A stretch of 64,000 bases of DNA from Clostridiales bacterium (GCA_003525075.1 DQFO01000014.1:64032-128031), one strand, 5' to 3'. Counted from the stretch's first letter, positions 10,158 to 19,397 are shown. Translations and numbers: made by a program. The notes: generated from the letters alone by a model not told the origin.

Positions 10158-11138
10158 TTAGTATCTGTATTTTAAATATGAAATTATTGGAAAGTGAAAC
10201 AATGCAATTTCTCTTATCATTTTCTTTCCTTGATTTTTTCCTGACAAAATTTTGAAATAGTCTCCTATATTTTTAATATTTATTTTCTTTGTTTTATATA
10301 TTTCATTATAATAATTTATTGCTTTTTGGCAAAATTCTAAATCTATTTTTTTATTTGCATATTGTTCACACATCTTTATTCCACCATCATATGCCCTTTT
10401 TATAGCATCTTCTCTGTATTTTAAGAATGCATCATAACTATTACCATTCTTCTCTTTCCATCTATTCAAATTTTGATTTAAACTTCGTCCTCCAAAAACA
10501 TTTGAATTATGTAATCTATAATCAAATAATTCTTCTTTTATATAGTCTATTCCCTTTCCTTCATTTGCAATAAAAGCTGCTAACCAATCATGTGCAATTA
10601 CTTTAGATTTAAATGGTATCATCTTTTCTTTAACTGATTTAGTTATTATTTGAGAACATCCAATCCCAACACATCTTGATATTGCCAATTTGTCATTCCC
10701 TTTTACTAATGGTACATTTTTATATTTGAAATAGTTGTCTCTTAGCACAATTCCATCTTCATCTATTTGCCTACAATTGCAATAAACCATATCAACATCT
10801 TTGTCTTTTAATAATTTTAGGCTTTTTTCTACTTTATCTTTATGCCAAACATCGTCATGATCTGAAAACATTATATAATTTGCTGTAGATTGTTGTAACA
10901 AAAATTCAAAATTTTTATTATATCCTAAATTTTGAGGTTGCAAAAATAATCTTATTCGATTATCATTTTTTTCATACTCTTCTAGTAATTCCTTTATTTC
11001 ATTTTTATTTGAATTGTCATCACTTATATATATTTTTATATTTTTATATGTTTGTCTTAATATACTTTCAATTTGTTTTTTTAGATATTTTTCATTTGTA
11101 TTATATGTTGTAACTAATATATCTACTACTTCGTCCAT
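10158..11138 (-). CDS. Glycosyltransferase family 2 (paralog of 7770-8756)
   Basis: VDILVTTYNTNEKYLKKQIESILRQTY...ISDDNS and SDHDDVW. Same architecture and length as 7770-8756. Confidence 0.8.
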   Translation of the reverse strand: MDEVVDILVTTYNTNEKYLKKQIESILRQTYKNIKIYISDDNSNKNEIKELLEEYEKNDNRIRLFLQPQNLGYNKNFEFLLQQSTANYIMFSDHDDVWHKDKVEKSLKLLKDKDVDMVYCNCRQIDEDGIVLRDNYFKYKNVPLVKGNDKLAISRCVGIGCSQIITKSVKEKMIPFKSKVIAHDWLAAFIANEGKGIDYIKEELFDYRLHNSNVFGGRSLNQNLNRWKEKNGNSYDAFLKYREDAIKRAYDGGIKMCEQYANKKIDLEFCQKAINYYNEIYKTKKINIKNIGDYFKILSGKNQGKKMIREIALFHFPIISYLKYRY

Positions 11139-11213
11139 TTTCCGCTCCCTTTTTTTATTTAATTGAATTTTAGCATATCTATTTTATAAAGTCAAATTCA
11201 TTTTACATAAACA

Positions 11214-11242
11214 TTGACATTTTTTTCTAATTATACTATAAT
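11214..11242 (+). promoter_or_regulatory. Sigma-70/SigA-type promoter, perfect consensus
   Basis: TTGACA (11214-11219), 17-nt spacer, TATAAT (11237-11242), 56 nt upstream of ATG 11299. Confidence 0.6.
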
Positions 11243-11298
11243 AATAATATAGGCTGATTTGCCTATTATAATTTTGTGGCCTACAAGGAGGGCTAATT

Positions 11299-11607
11299 AT
11301 GAGCATTTTTGAGAATGACGGAAACTACTACGCCAACTATTCTGTCCCTGCAATTTCTTTTTGCAACAGAAAAGCATCATCTGCCGAGTTCCGCAAATAC
11401 CTGGCCGAACATCCTTCTGTACAGGAAGATGTTCCGTCCTCTATTATGGAAGAACTCCAGAAGATGCCCAGCGCCAAACCCGCTGGTGCTGCCTACTATG
11501 CAACCCTGAACACTCAGCTGTTCACCAAGTTCTGCAAAGATGTGGCAACGGCGATGGTAGAGAAGTCTCGCGATCCTCAGTGTGTTATGGTCTTCTCTGG
11601 AAACTAA
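11299..11607 (+). CDS. Hypothetical 102-aa soluble protein on a GC-rich foreign island
   Basis: AAGGAGGG (11285-11292) lies 6 nt before the ATG. G+C is 24/60 for nt 11299-11358 and 29/60 for 11401-11460, against ~23% in the flanks. A hairpin terminator follows. No family recognised by eye, and no TM segment or signal peptide. Confidence 0.6.
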   Translation: MSIFENDGNYYANYSVPAISFCNRKASSAEFRKYLAEHPSVQEDVPSSIMEELQKMPSAKPAGAAYYATLNTQLFTKFCKDVATAMVEKSRDPQCVMVFSGN

Positions 11608-11637
11608 AATAGATTTTATATTTTAGTTTTTCACAAA

Positions 11638-11673
11638 AGCCCGCAGATGAAAAAAATCATCTGCGGGCTTTTT
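11638..11673. terminator. GC-rich bidirectional intrinsic terminator (serves the 102-aa ORF and convergent recO)
   Basis: 13-bp perfect stem agcccgcagatga (11638-11650) / tcatctgcgggct (11657-11669) with an A6 loop. A-run upstream and T-run downstream. Confidence 0.8.
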
Positions 11674-11676
11674 ATA

Positions 11677-12381
11677 TTATCTTTCTAATTTATCATCAAA
11701 ATATAATTTTGAAACAAGTTTTAATTCATTTAAAGATTCATCTTTTAAAGAAAATGAAAATAATTTTTTTGCTGGAGCCATAACAATATATCTAATCGCT
11801 GATACTGTACTTTCAGATATTGAAATTGCCCCTTTATCTAATCTTCCACAATTTTCACATTTAAAGCCATCATTTTTTAGACTAAAATACTTCAAATTAT
11901 TTTTTTCTTTACAATTTACACATTCCATAATTCTTGGTGTAAAACCAAGAAAGCATAATAATTTTAACTTAAATGTACTTATAACTAAATCTATATTTTT
12001 ATCTGTCTCTGATAAAGTATATAACGTATTTAATAACATTTGTAATATTTTATAACAATTTTCATTTTCATCAGTTACATCTCTTACAATTTTTGTAATC
12101 TCTATTGCATAATTAAGTTTATCTAAATCTGTTCTCAAATTATAAAAAACTTCAATAGTATCACAAGAATTTATATTATATGTATTTGACCCTTTATACA
12201 TCATATACTCTCCAAAACAAAATAACTGTGTTCCAGCTAGCAAGGCGCTTCTCGGACGCCTCGCCCCTTTAGCAACACACGATATCTTGCCTAATCCTGG
12301 AGTTAACATTGTAAGCATTTTGTCATAATCTCCTAAATTGCTTTCAGAGATTATTATCCCACTTGTTTTTATTGTCCCCAT
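11677..12381 (-). CDS. recO: DNA repair protein RecO
   Basis: 234 aa. The N-terminal OB-fold region contains VAKGARRPRSALLAG and the C-terminal zinc motif is CVNCKEK...CENCG. The era-yqzL-recO order is conserved in Firmicutes. Confidence 0.9.
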   Translation of the reverse strand: MGTIKTSGIIISESNLGDYDKMLTMLTPGLGKISCVAKGARRPRSALLAGTQLFCFGEYMMYKGSNTYNINSCDTIEVFYNLRTDLDKLNYAIEITKIVRDVTDENENCYKILQMLLNTLYTLSETDKNIDLVISTFKLKLLCFLGFTPRIMECVNCKEKNNLKYFSLKNDGFKCENCGRLDKGAISISESTVSAIRYIVMAPAKKLFSFSLKDESLNELKLVSKLYFDDKLER

Positions 12382-12511
12382 ATTTTTCCGCCTTTTGTTC
12401 CATATTATTATTTTGCAATTGTTCTTCTATTCCTTGAAATTGTTTTAATTCTAAAAATGTATTAACATCTCCTGTATTTTTAAATGTGTCCCATGCAATT
12501 TTTTTAATCAT
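12344..12511 (-). CDS. YqzL-like small protein (55 aa)
   Basis: My own translation gives MIKKIAWDTFKNTGDVNTFLELKQFQGIEEQLQNNNMEQKAEKYGDNKNKWDNNL. The W..F..TG.i..YL..K pattern matches the YqzL family found between era and recO. GGAAGTGAG lies upstream. It overlaps the recO start and is below the ORF-track length cutoff. Confidence 0.55.
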   Translation of the reverse strand: MIKKIAWDTFKNTGDVNTFLELKQFQGIEEQLQNNNMEQKAEKYGDNKNKWDNNL

Positions 12512-12576
12512 AAGCTCACTTCCTTTAACATTATCTTTTGCATTTTATTATTTTTTATTCATATTTGTGACTATTA

Positions 12577-13476
12577 TTATAACTTGAATTTTTTTACAAC
12601 TGATGTATCATCAAGCCAATTTTCTTTAACTTTTACCCATGTTCTTAAATTAACTTTTGTTCCAAAGTTTCTTTCCATGTCAATTCTTGCTGATTGTCCA
12701 ATTCTTTTTAACATCGTTCCATCTTTTCCAATTATTATCCCTTTATGTGATTCTCTTAAACAATATATTGTTGCTTCAATATCATAAAATTCTTCTTTAT
12801 TCTTAGTTTTCTTTAATTTCATTTTTGTTACTTCTACATATATCCCATGTGGAACTTCGTCTTGTAAATACATTAATGCTTTTTCTCTTATTGTCTCTTC
12901 AGCAAGTTGCCTCATTGTCTGATCTGTATATTCTTCAACATCATAATATGCTGGCCCAGGCTTTAATACTTTTTCTATTTCATCTAATATAATATCTCTA
13001 TATTTTGATTTTATTGATGATACAGGAATTACAGCTTCAAAGTTATATTCTTTTTGATATAAATCAATTAATTTTAATAAACTCTCTTTTTTTACTAAAT
13101 CTATTTTATTAATAATTAATATTGCCTTTTTCTTAGATTCTTTAATCTTCTCTAAGATTCTCATATCTCCTCTTCCAATTTCATCACTTGTAGCTTCTAT
13201 AACAAATAATATTAAATCAATATCTTTTATTACTCCAAATGATGTTTCAATCATTGTTTCATTTAATTTTGTCTTTGGTTTATGAATTCCAGGAGTATCT
13301 ATAAATATGATTTGAGAATTTTCTCTATTTACAATACCTCTTATTGCAGTTCTTGTTGTTTGAACTTTATTTGCTGTTGCAGCTACTTTTTCTCCAACTA
13401 AGAGATTTACTAAAGTTGACTTTCCTACATTCGTTCTTCCTAGCATTGCTACAAATCCTGATTTAAATTCTGACAT
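12577..13476 (-). CDS. era: GTPase Era
   Basis: G1 GRTNVGKST, G3 DTPG and G4 NKID, with a C-terminal KH domain (IIGKDGTMLKRIG). Confidence 0.95.
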   Translation of the reverse strand: MSEFKSGFVAMLGRTNVGKSTLVNLLVGEKVAATANKVQTTRTAIRGIVNRENSQIIFIDTPGIHKPKTKLNETMIETSFGVIKDIDLILFVIEATSDEIGRGDMRILEKIKESKKKAILIINKIDLVKKESLLKLIDLYQKEYNFEAVIPVSSIKSKYRDIILDEIEKVLKPGPAYYDVEEYTDQTMRQLAEETIREKALMYLQDEVPHGIYVEVTKMKLKKTKNKEEFYDIEATIYCLRESHKGIIIGKDGTMLKRIGQSARIDMERNFGTKVNLRTWVKVKENWLDDTSVVKKFKL

Positions 13477-15773
13477 TATTCTTCCTCCATTTGTTTAACT
13501 GAATACTCTAAAACATTAATATTTTTTACAATTAATTTTGCTCCAATTTCCTCATCGTCTAATTTTCCTATTCTTATAACTTTTTTTGATTCTAATTTTA
13601 TGTCCATATCACTTAACTTAGCTATAATTCTAGTATCATTATCCATTCCAATTGGTAATGTTTTATTTTGGTTATCATAATATATACAATTAGAAAATGC
13701 TATAACATTTGAACCTTTTTCTAATTTTATTTTATATAAATTAATCTTACTATTTTCTGATTTTTCTGTTGCTTTTTTTACTTCATCTTCAGCATTTAAA
13801 TTAAATACATTTATTTTATTTGCATCAATACTTTCTCCATCTTCAGTCCACATATATGCAATAATGTCTTGACTTGTAGTTACTTTAGTAATTGCTTCAT
13901 TTATTCTCCAAATAACTTGACTAAGATTTACTTTATAATCAACAACTTTATATTGTTTTGCTAAACCTAATATTAGAAATTTATTTTTTGGATTTTCTCT
14001 ATGGGATTTATTATCTAATTTTTTTATTTTTCTCGTATCTTCTTCCAATCCTCCAAAAATATCAACTTCATCATCTAATCTTCCTTTTTGTTCCTTATAT
14101 TCAGCTTTCAATATTTTTAAATACTTATCCAATTCTTTAGGTTCTAATGAATTTGTCTTTAATTTATTTATTGGCTCTATTTGTTCTGTTGCTACCAAAA
14201 ATATAGAATCTAACTCTTCTTTATTTAATTTATTTCTTTGAACTTTATCCATCATAATGCCAAATTCTTCAAAATCTTCTTCAAACTCAAAAGTTTTGGT
14301 ATGTGGTTTTACATTTACAACTTCTTCTTCACCTTCTGCTAAAGACTTTACTTCATCTTTATTACTGTATTTCCAAAATTCAAATATACTCTTTTTATGA
14401 CTATCTATTTCAGCTATAAAAGCTGATGCATTTTCTATCTTTTTTGTTAAATTAACTTTCTTTAATTTTATTGCATTTATATCCATTTTTGTATTGTTAA
14501 ATTCTTTTTCTTTTTCTGCAGTCTCTTTTCCTTTTTCTAACAAATCGTCTAATGTATATTGTTTTTTTATTTTTTCTTCTTCATCTACTTCAGCTACTTC
14601 TTGTATTGTGTTATTTTCTTTTACTTCTGCTTCTTTTTTTGCTTCTTTCTTTTTCTTCTTTCCACTATATTTAAAGAAATATTTAACTTTTCCAAAAAAT
14701 GTTTTTTTACATTCTAAAAATGTTGAAATTTGTTTTTCTTTTTCTATATAATCTGCTTCAAGTTTTTCTGTTTCTTTTTTTAAAATTTCTAATTTATTTT
14801 TATATTCTATATTATTTTTTATATTTTCTTCTTCTATATCAATTAATTTTTTATATTGACTATTAATAAAGTCTGGTAGATCATCATATTTTAAAATTTC
14901 ATCTTGATAATAAAATTCTAGTTCTCCCTGTTTGTCTATTTGAACTTCAAATTTATAATACTCCGGAATTTCTGTTTGGAGTATATATAATGCTTTTACA
15001 AGTTTAAAAAATTTACTTGCATCTATTTTTCCGGTAAGTTTTACTTTGTATTCTGATTTTATTGTTCCTAAAACTTGAGTTTGTCCAATTATTTGTAATG
15101 ACACTTTCCCTGTTTTATCATAAACTTCATATATTGATGGCCAATCATTTGTAAATGTCCATAAATAATTTTCCAAGCTTTCAATTTCTGTTTTATTTAA
15201 TATTTCCTTTGAATAATCTATATTACTTATAGGAACAAATATCTTTCCAGCTTTCTTTTTTTCTAATTGTTTTTTTAATACATAAAAAAATGTTGAATAG
15301 TCTTTATCTTCAGTTGTTACTATCATAAAATATTTTTCATCATTTTCTGAATAATATATTTGCCATAAATAATTTTTTGGATATCTTATTTTGAAAGGAA
15401 TTTTTTTATTTAAATTTTGTTGTTGTTCTTCAATTTCTTTTATCTCATCTATATCAACTTCACTTAACATTCTTAAAAATTCTTCATGTAGTTGCTTTTC
15501 TTCTTCTGTTTTGGGATCTAAATATGAAACTAATGGTTTGGCCATAGAATATTTTGTTTTAGTATCTTCTAATCTATTACATGGTGATACCAATATTTCT
15601 AATTCTTTTGGTGATACAAATCTATATTGTTTATACTTATTTTCTTCAATTCCTGTATTAGGTCTAAAATTTATATTTTCAACATATTTTAATGTTTCAG
15701 GTATTTGTTCTAAATCTAAGCATATATATTCTAATTTTTCTGCTATTTCTTGTGCTATTTTTTTCTTTTCCAA
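13476..15773 (-). CDS. Hypothetical 765-aa protein with a central K/E-rich coiled-coil region, translationally coupled to era
   Basis: Long uninterrupted ORF. The TAATG stop/start overlap with era is at 13474-13478, and the era GGAGG lies inside its 3' end. No recognisable catalytic motif. Confidence 0.6.
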   Translation of the reverse strand: MEKKKIAQEIAEKLEYICLDLEQIPETLKYVENINFRPNTGIEENKYKQYRFVSPKELEILVSPCNRLEDTKTKYSMAKPLVSYLDPKTEEEKQLHEEFLRMLSEVDIDEIKEIEEQQQNLNKKIPFKIRYPKNYLWQIYYSENDEKYFMIVTTEDKDYSTFFYVLKKQLEKKKAGKIFVPISNIDYSKEILNKTEIESLENYLWTFTNDWPSIYEVYDKTGKVSLQIIGQTQVLGTIKSEYKVKLTGKIDASKFFKLVKALYILQTEIPEYYKFEVQIDKQGELEFYYQDEILKYDDLPDFINSQYKKLIDIEEENIKNNIEYKNKLEILKKETEKLEADYIEKEKQISTFLECKKTFFGKVKYFFKYSGKKKKKEAKKEAEVKENNTIQEVAEVDEEEKIKKQYTLDDLLEKGKETAEKEKEFNNTKMDINAIKLKKVNLTKKIENASAFIAEIDSHKKSIFEFWKYSNKDEVKSLAEGEEEVVNVKPHTKTFEFEEDFEEFGIMMDKVQRNKLNKEELDSIFLVATEQIEPINKLKTNSLEPKELDKYLKILKAEYKEQKGRLDDEVDIFGGLEEDTRKIKKLDNKSHRENPKNKFLILGLAKQYKVVDYKVNLSQVIWRINEAITKVTTSQDIIAYMWTEDGESIDANKINVFNLNAEDEVKKATEKSENSKINLYKIKLEKGSNVIAFSNCIYYDNQNKTLPIGMDNDTRIIAKLSDMDIKLESKKVIRIGKLDDEEIGAKLIVKNINVLEYSVKQMEEE

Positions 15774-15839
15774 AACTAGATTTTCCTTTCTCTTTATTTC
15801 TTTTTTATTTTACTATTATTTACTGAAAATATCAATATT

Positions 15840-16820
15840 TTAATTTTTATTTTCCATAAAAAATTTTTTTACTTTATCTATAAGTTCATCTGCATTTGTT
15901 ATATGATTTACTTCATCTCTAAATTTTGAAGCTTCTGGCATATTTTTTGTGTATGCTGATATGTTTTTTCTCATTTCATTAATTCCAACAATCTCTCCCT
16001 TTTCTTTTATATTTAATTCTATATGTTGTTTAATAATTTCATATTTTTCTTTATTATCAGGTCTGGGCATTTTATTATTATTTTCTATAAAGTATTTTAT
16101 TTGTTCAAATATCCAAGGATTTCCCATTGCTCCTCTTCCTATCATTATCCCATCAACACCTGTATATTCAAACATTTTTAATGCTGATTCTTCATCAACT
16201 ATGTCTCCATTTCCTATTACTGGTATTTTTACTGATTCTTTAACTTTCTTTATAATATCTAAATCTGCTTTTCCGGAATAATATTCTTCTCTTGTTCTTC
16301 CATGTATTGTTATTGCTGAAACCCCACATTTTTCAGCAATTTTAGCTAATTCACATGCAACAATATTTTCATTATTCCATCCTTTTCTAAATTTTAAAGT
16401 CACTGGTTTGGTTGAATTTTTTACTACTGATCTTATTATTTCTTCAGCTTTGTCTATATCTAATAATAATTTACTACCATCACCATTTTTTACAACTTTT
16501 GGGGCTGGACATCCCATATTTATATCTACTATATCTGCTATTTTACTTACATATTGTGCTGCAAATCCCATAGTTTCAGGATCACTTCCAAATATTTGCA
16601 TGCTTACTGGAACATTTTCTCCTGTTCTATTTAATAATTGTTTTGTTTTTTCGTCTCCAAAAAACAAGGCTTTTGAACTTACCATTTCTGTACAAACTAA
16701 ACCAGGTTTGAATTTTTCTGTAATTATTCTAAAAGGCAGGTCTGTTACACCTGCCATTGGAGCTAATATTAAGTTATTTTCTAATTCTAAATTTCCAATC
16801 TTTAATTTTTTTAAATACAT
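15840..16820 (-). CDS. dusB: tRNA-dihydrouridine synthase
   Basis: LILAPMAGVTDLPFR, DINMGCP and HGRTREE motifs of the Dus family. 326 aa. Confidence 0.9.
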   Translation of the reverse strand: MYLKKLKIGNLELENNLILAPMAGVTDLPFRIITEKFKPGLVCTEMVSSKALFFGDEKTKQLLNRTGENVPVSMQIFGSDPETMGFAAQYVSKIADIVDINMGCPAPKVVKNGDGSKLLLDIDKAEEIIRSVVKNSTKPVTLKFRKGWNNENIVACELAKIAEKCGVSAITIHGRTREEYYSGKADLDIIKKVKESVKIPVIGNGDIVDEESALKMFEYTGVDGIMIGRGAMGNPWIFEQIKYFIENNNKMPRPDNKEKYEIIKQHIELNIKEKGEIVGINEMRKNISAYTKNMPEASKFRDEVNHITNADELIDKVKKFFMENKN

Positions 16821-16829
16821 CTTTTACTC

Positions 16830-17945
16830 CTATTTGTTAAACAATCCATTTCGTCTTTGACTACTAATATTTAATAAAATTCCAATTGCAACAAAACTTG
16901 TCATCATAGAACTTCCACCATAACTTACAAATAATAATGGAACTCCTGTTATTGGTAATACTCCCATTGTCATACCAATATTTTCTAAAGTATGAAATAA
17001 AAATATTCCAGCAATTCCAATTGCAACATATGCTCCTGCTTCATCTTTTATCCCTTTTGCAATCTGAACTGCTTTTACAATAATCAATATATTCAGTAAT
17101 ATTACTGAGCATGCAATTATAAAGCCCATTTCTTCTCCGACTACTGCAAAAATAAAATCTGTTGTTTTAGGATATAAATATCCTAATTGTGTTTGATTTC
17201 CTTTTAATACTCCCATTCCAGTAATTTGTCCAGAGCCTATTGCTAATTTAGATTGTAAAATATTATATCCAGATCCTGTTGGATCTGATTCTGGATTTAA
17301 AAATGTGTCAATTCTATCTTTTGCATGTTTTGGTAAAATAAAATTATATGTTATAGGTGTTGCTATAGCTATTATCAAAATTGATACAATAATGTATTTT
17401 TTATCAATTCCAGCTACAAAAATCATTAGTAAAAATGACACAATATATGCTGCTGCTGTTCCATAATCTGGTTCTACAATTATAAGTACTAAAGGAATTG
17501 CTATTGCTAATAATATTAATGCTAACTTGCTAATTCTATTTATTTCATCTCTTCCATTTCTTATCTGAATAAAAGAAATAACGTATGACATAAATAAAAT
17601 TATAAATATTTTTGATATTTCAGCTGGTTGAAATGAAAATAAATCATCTCCTATTACAAACCAACTCCTTGCACCATTTATTGGTTTGGTAAATAGTACT
17701 GCAATTAACATTATTATTGAAATTCCATAAAAAATCGGTGACACTTTAACTAAAATTTTATAATCTATTAACATAACAATTAGCATAAGTACAAAACTTA
17801 TGCCAATCCAAATTGCTTGTTTCTTAAATTCTTCTAAATTTGTATCATATGAAGCTGAATATAATGCAACTAGTCCAATTACACATAATATTATTGCCGC
17901 TATTGGAATCAGCCATTCTATCTTTCTTAATCTTCTTATATCCAT
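16830..17945 (-). CDS. rodA: SEDS-family peptidoglycan glycosyltransferase RodA (FtsW/RodA/SpoVE)
   Basis: About 10 TM segments. Motifs RSWFVIGDDLFSFQPAEISK and LPITGVPLLFVSYGGSSM. Located after minDE. Confidence 0.9.
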   Translation of the reverse strand: MDIRRLRKIEWLIPIAAIILCVIGLVALYSASYDTNLEEFKKQAIWIGISFVLMLIVMLIDYKILVKVSPIFYGISIIMLIAVLFTKPINGARSWFVIGDDLFSFQPAEISKIFIILFMSYVISFIQIRNGRDEINRISKLALILLAIAIPLVLIIVEPDYGTAAAYIVSFLLMIFVAGIDKKYIIVSILIIAIATPITYNFILPKHAKDRIDTFLNPESDPTGSGYNILQSKLAIGSGQITGMGVLKGNQTQLGYLYPKTTDFIFAVVGEEMGFIIACSVILLNILIIVKAVQIAKGIKDEAGAYVAIGIAGIFLFHTLENIGMTMGVLPITGVPLLFVSYGGSSMMTSFVAIGILLNISSQRRNGLFNK

Positions 17946-17962
17946 TAAATCACTCTTTATTC

Positions 17963-18499
17963 TTAATTTTTATGTTTTTTTTGTTTTTTCTTAAAATTAT
18001 TATTTGATTTATAATTGTTTGAATTGTTATTTTGTTCGTTTTCGTTCTTTTCCTCTATTGTTTTTGTATTTTCTTCTATTATTGTGATTTCTTCTTTTTC
18101 TTGATTATCTTCTAATAAAGTTTCTTTTTTTTCTTCATTATCATTTATAAAGTTTTCTTTTTTTTCTTCGTCTTTTGTTTTTACTTTTGCTGTTTGTCTT
18201 ACTTCATCTTTTATATTTAAAATTGGTATATTAGCATATAATGCTGGTGCACCATTTGTTCCATCCCCATTATCTTTATTGGTTAGTTTTACATCTATTG
18301 CGCTTTCATCTATCTCTATGTATTTTTTTATTACGTCTATTATTTCTTGTTTCATCAAATCTAAAAAGTCTGCGGATACATTTGCTCTATCTTGCATTAA
18401 TACTAGATGTAGTCTTTCTTTTGCTGCATCTTTAGATTTTAATGTTTGATCTTCTTTTTTTGTTACTTTTCTTACTAATTTCATTATGCTTTCAAACAT
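17963..18499 (-). CDS. minE: Cell division topological specificity factor MinE with long K/E/N-rich C-terminal tail
   Basis: AKERLHLVLMQDRANVSADFLDLMKQEIIDVIKKYIEID is the MinE core. About 85 extra low-complexity residues follow. Confidence 0.85.
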   Translation of the reverse strand: MFESIMKLVRKVTKKEDQTLKSKDAAKERLHLVLMQDRANVSADFLDLMKQEIIDVIKKYIEIDESAIDVKLTNKDNGDGTNGAPALYANIPILNIKDEVRQTAKVKTKDEEKKENFINDNEEKKETLLEDNQEKEEITIIEENTKTIEEKNENEQNNNSNNYKSNNNFKKKQKKHKN

Positions 18500-18520
18500 T
18501 ATCCTTTCTCCTTTATTGTT

Positions 18521-19312
18521 TTATTTTTTAAATATGCTTTTTATTCTTGAAAAGAAACCTTTTTCTCTTCCAGGTATTGTTACTTCTATGTTTTCCCCAA
18601 GAACTCTTTTTGCAATTTCTAAATATGCTTTTCCTGATGGTGCTTTTCTGTTCTGAATTACTGGCTCACCTTTATTTGTTTGTGTTATTATATATTCATC
18701 ATCTGGAACTACACCTATTAAATCAATAGACAATAAATCAACAATATCATCGACATCCATCATTTCACCTTTTCTTACCATATTAGGTCTAATTCTATTT
18801 ATTACTAGTTCTGGATTTTTTATTTCTGCTGATTCTAATAATCCTATGATTCTATCAGCATCTCTTATTGATGATATTTCTGCCGTTGTTACTACTATTG
18901 CTCTATTTGCTCCTGCAATTGCATTTTTAAAACCTTGTTCAATTCCTGCAGGACAATCTACAAGTATATAATCAAATTCTTCTTTTAATTTATTTGTTAA
19001 TTCTATCATTTGTTCTTCATTTACTGCACTTTTATCTCTTGTTTGTGCTGCAGGCAATAAATATAATTCTTTAAATCTTTTATCTTTTATTAATGCTTGT
19101 CTTAGTTTACATTTTCCTTCAACAACATCTACTATATCATATACTATTCTATTTTCTAGCCCCATTACAACATCTAAGTTTCTTAAACCAATATCTGTAT
19201 CTATTAATGCTACTTTTTTTCCTTCTAATGCTAAACTTGATCCTAGATTTGCTGTTGTTGTTGTTTTACCTACTCCACCTTTTCCTGATGTTATTACTAT
19301 AACTTCTCCCAT
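18521..19312 (-). CDS. minD: Septum site-determining ATPase MinD
   Basis: Deviant Walker A SGKGGVGKTT. 263 aa, with a C-terminal amphipathic helix FFSRIKSIFKK. Confidence 0.95.
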   Translation of the reverse strand: MGEVIVITSGKGGVGKTTTTANLGSSLALEGKKVALIDTDIGLRNLDVVMGLENRIVYDIVDVVEGKCKLRQALIKDKRFKELYLLPAAQTRDKSAVNEEQMIELTNKLKEEFDYILVDCPAGIEQGFKNAIAGANRAIVVTTAEISSIRDADRIIGLLESAEIKNPELVINRIRPNMVRKGEMMDVDDIVDLLSIDLIGVVPDDEYIITQTNKGEPVIQNRKAPSGKAYLEIAKRVLGENIEVTIPGREKGFFSRIKSIFKK

Positions 19313-19397
19313 ATTTTTCCTCCTTAGGATTTTTGTTTATAGGTTTTCTTCTTTTTTACTTGTCCTAAATTTATGCTTATATCATACACTCAAATCG

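Noticed and set aside
11309-11612. Alternative-frame ORFs 11309-11509 and 11361-11612 inside the first GC-rich island.
   Set aside because: They are open only because GC-rich sequence lacks stop codons. Neither has a Shine-Dalgarno sequence, while the 11299 frame does.
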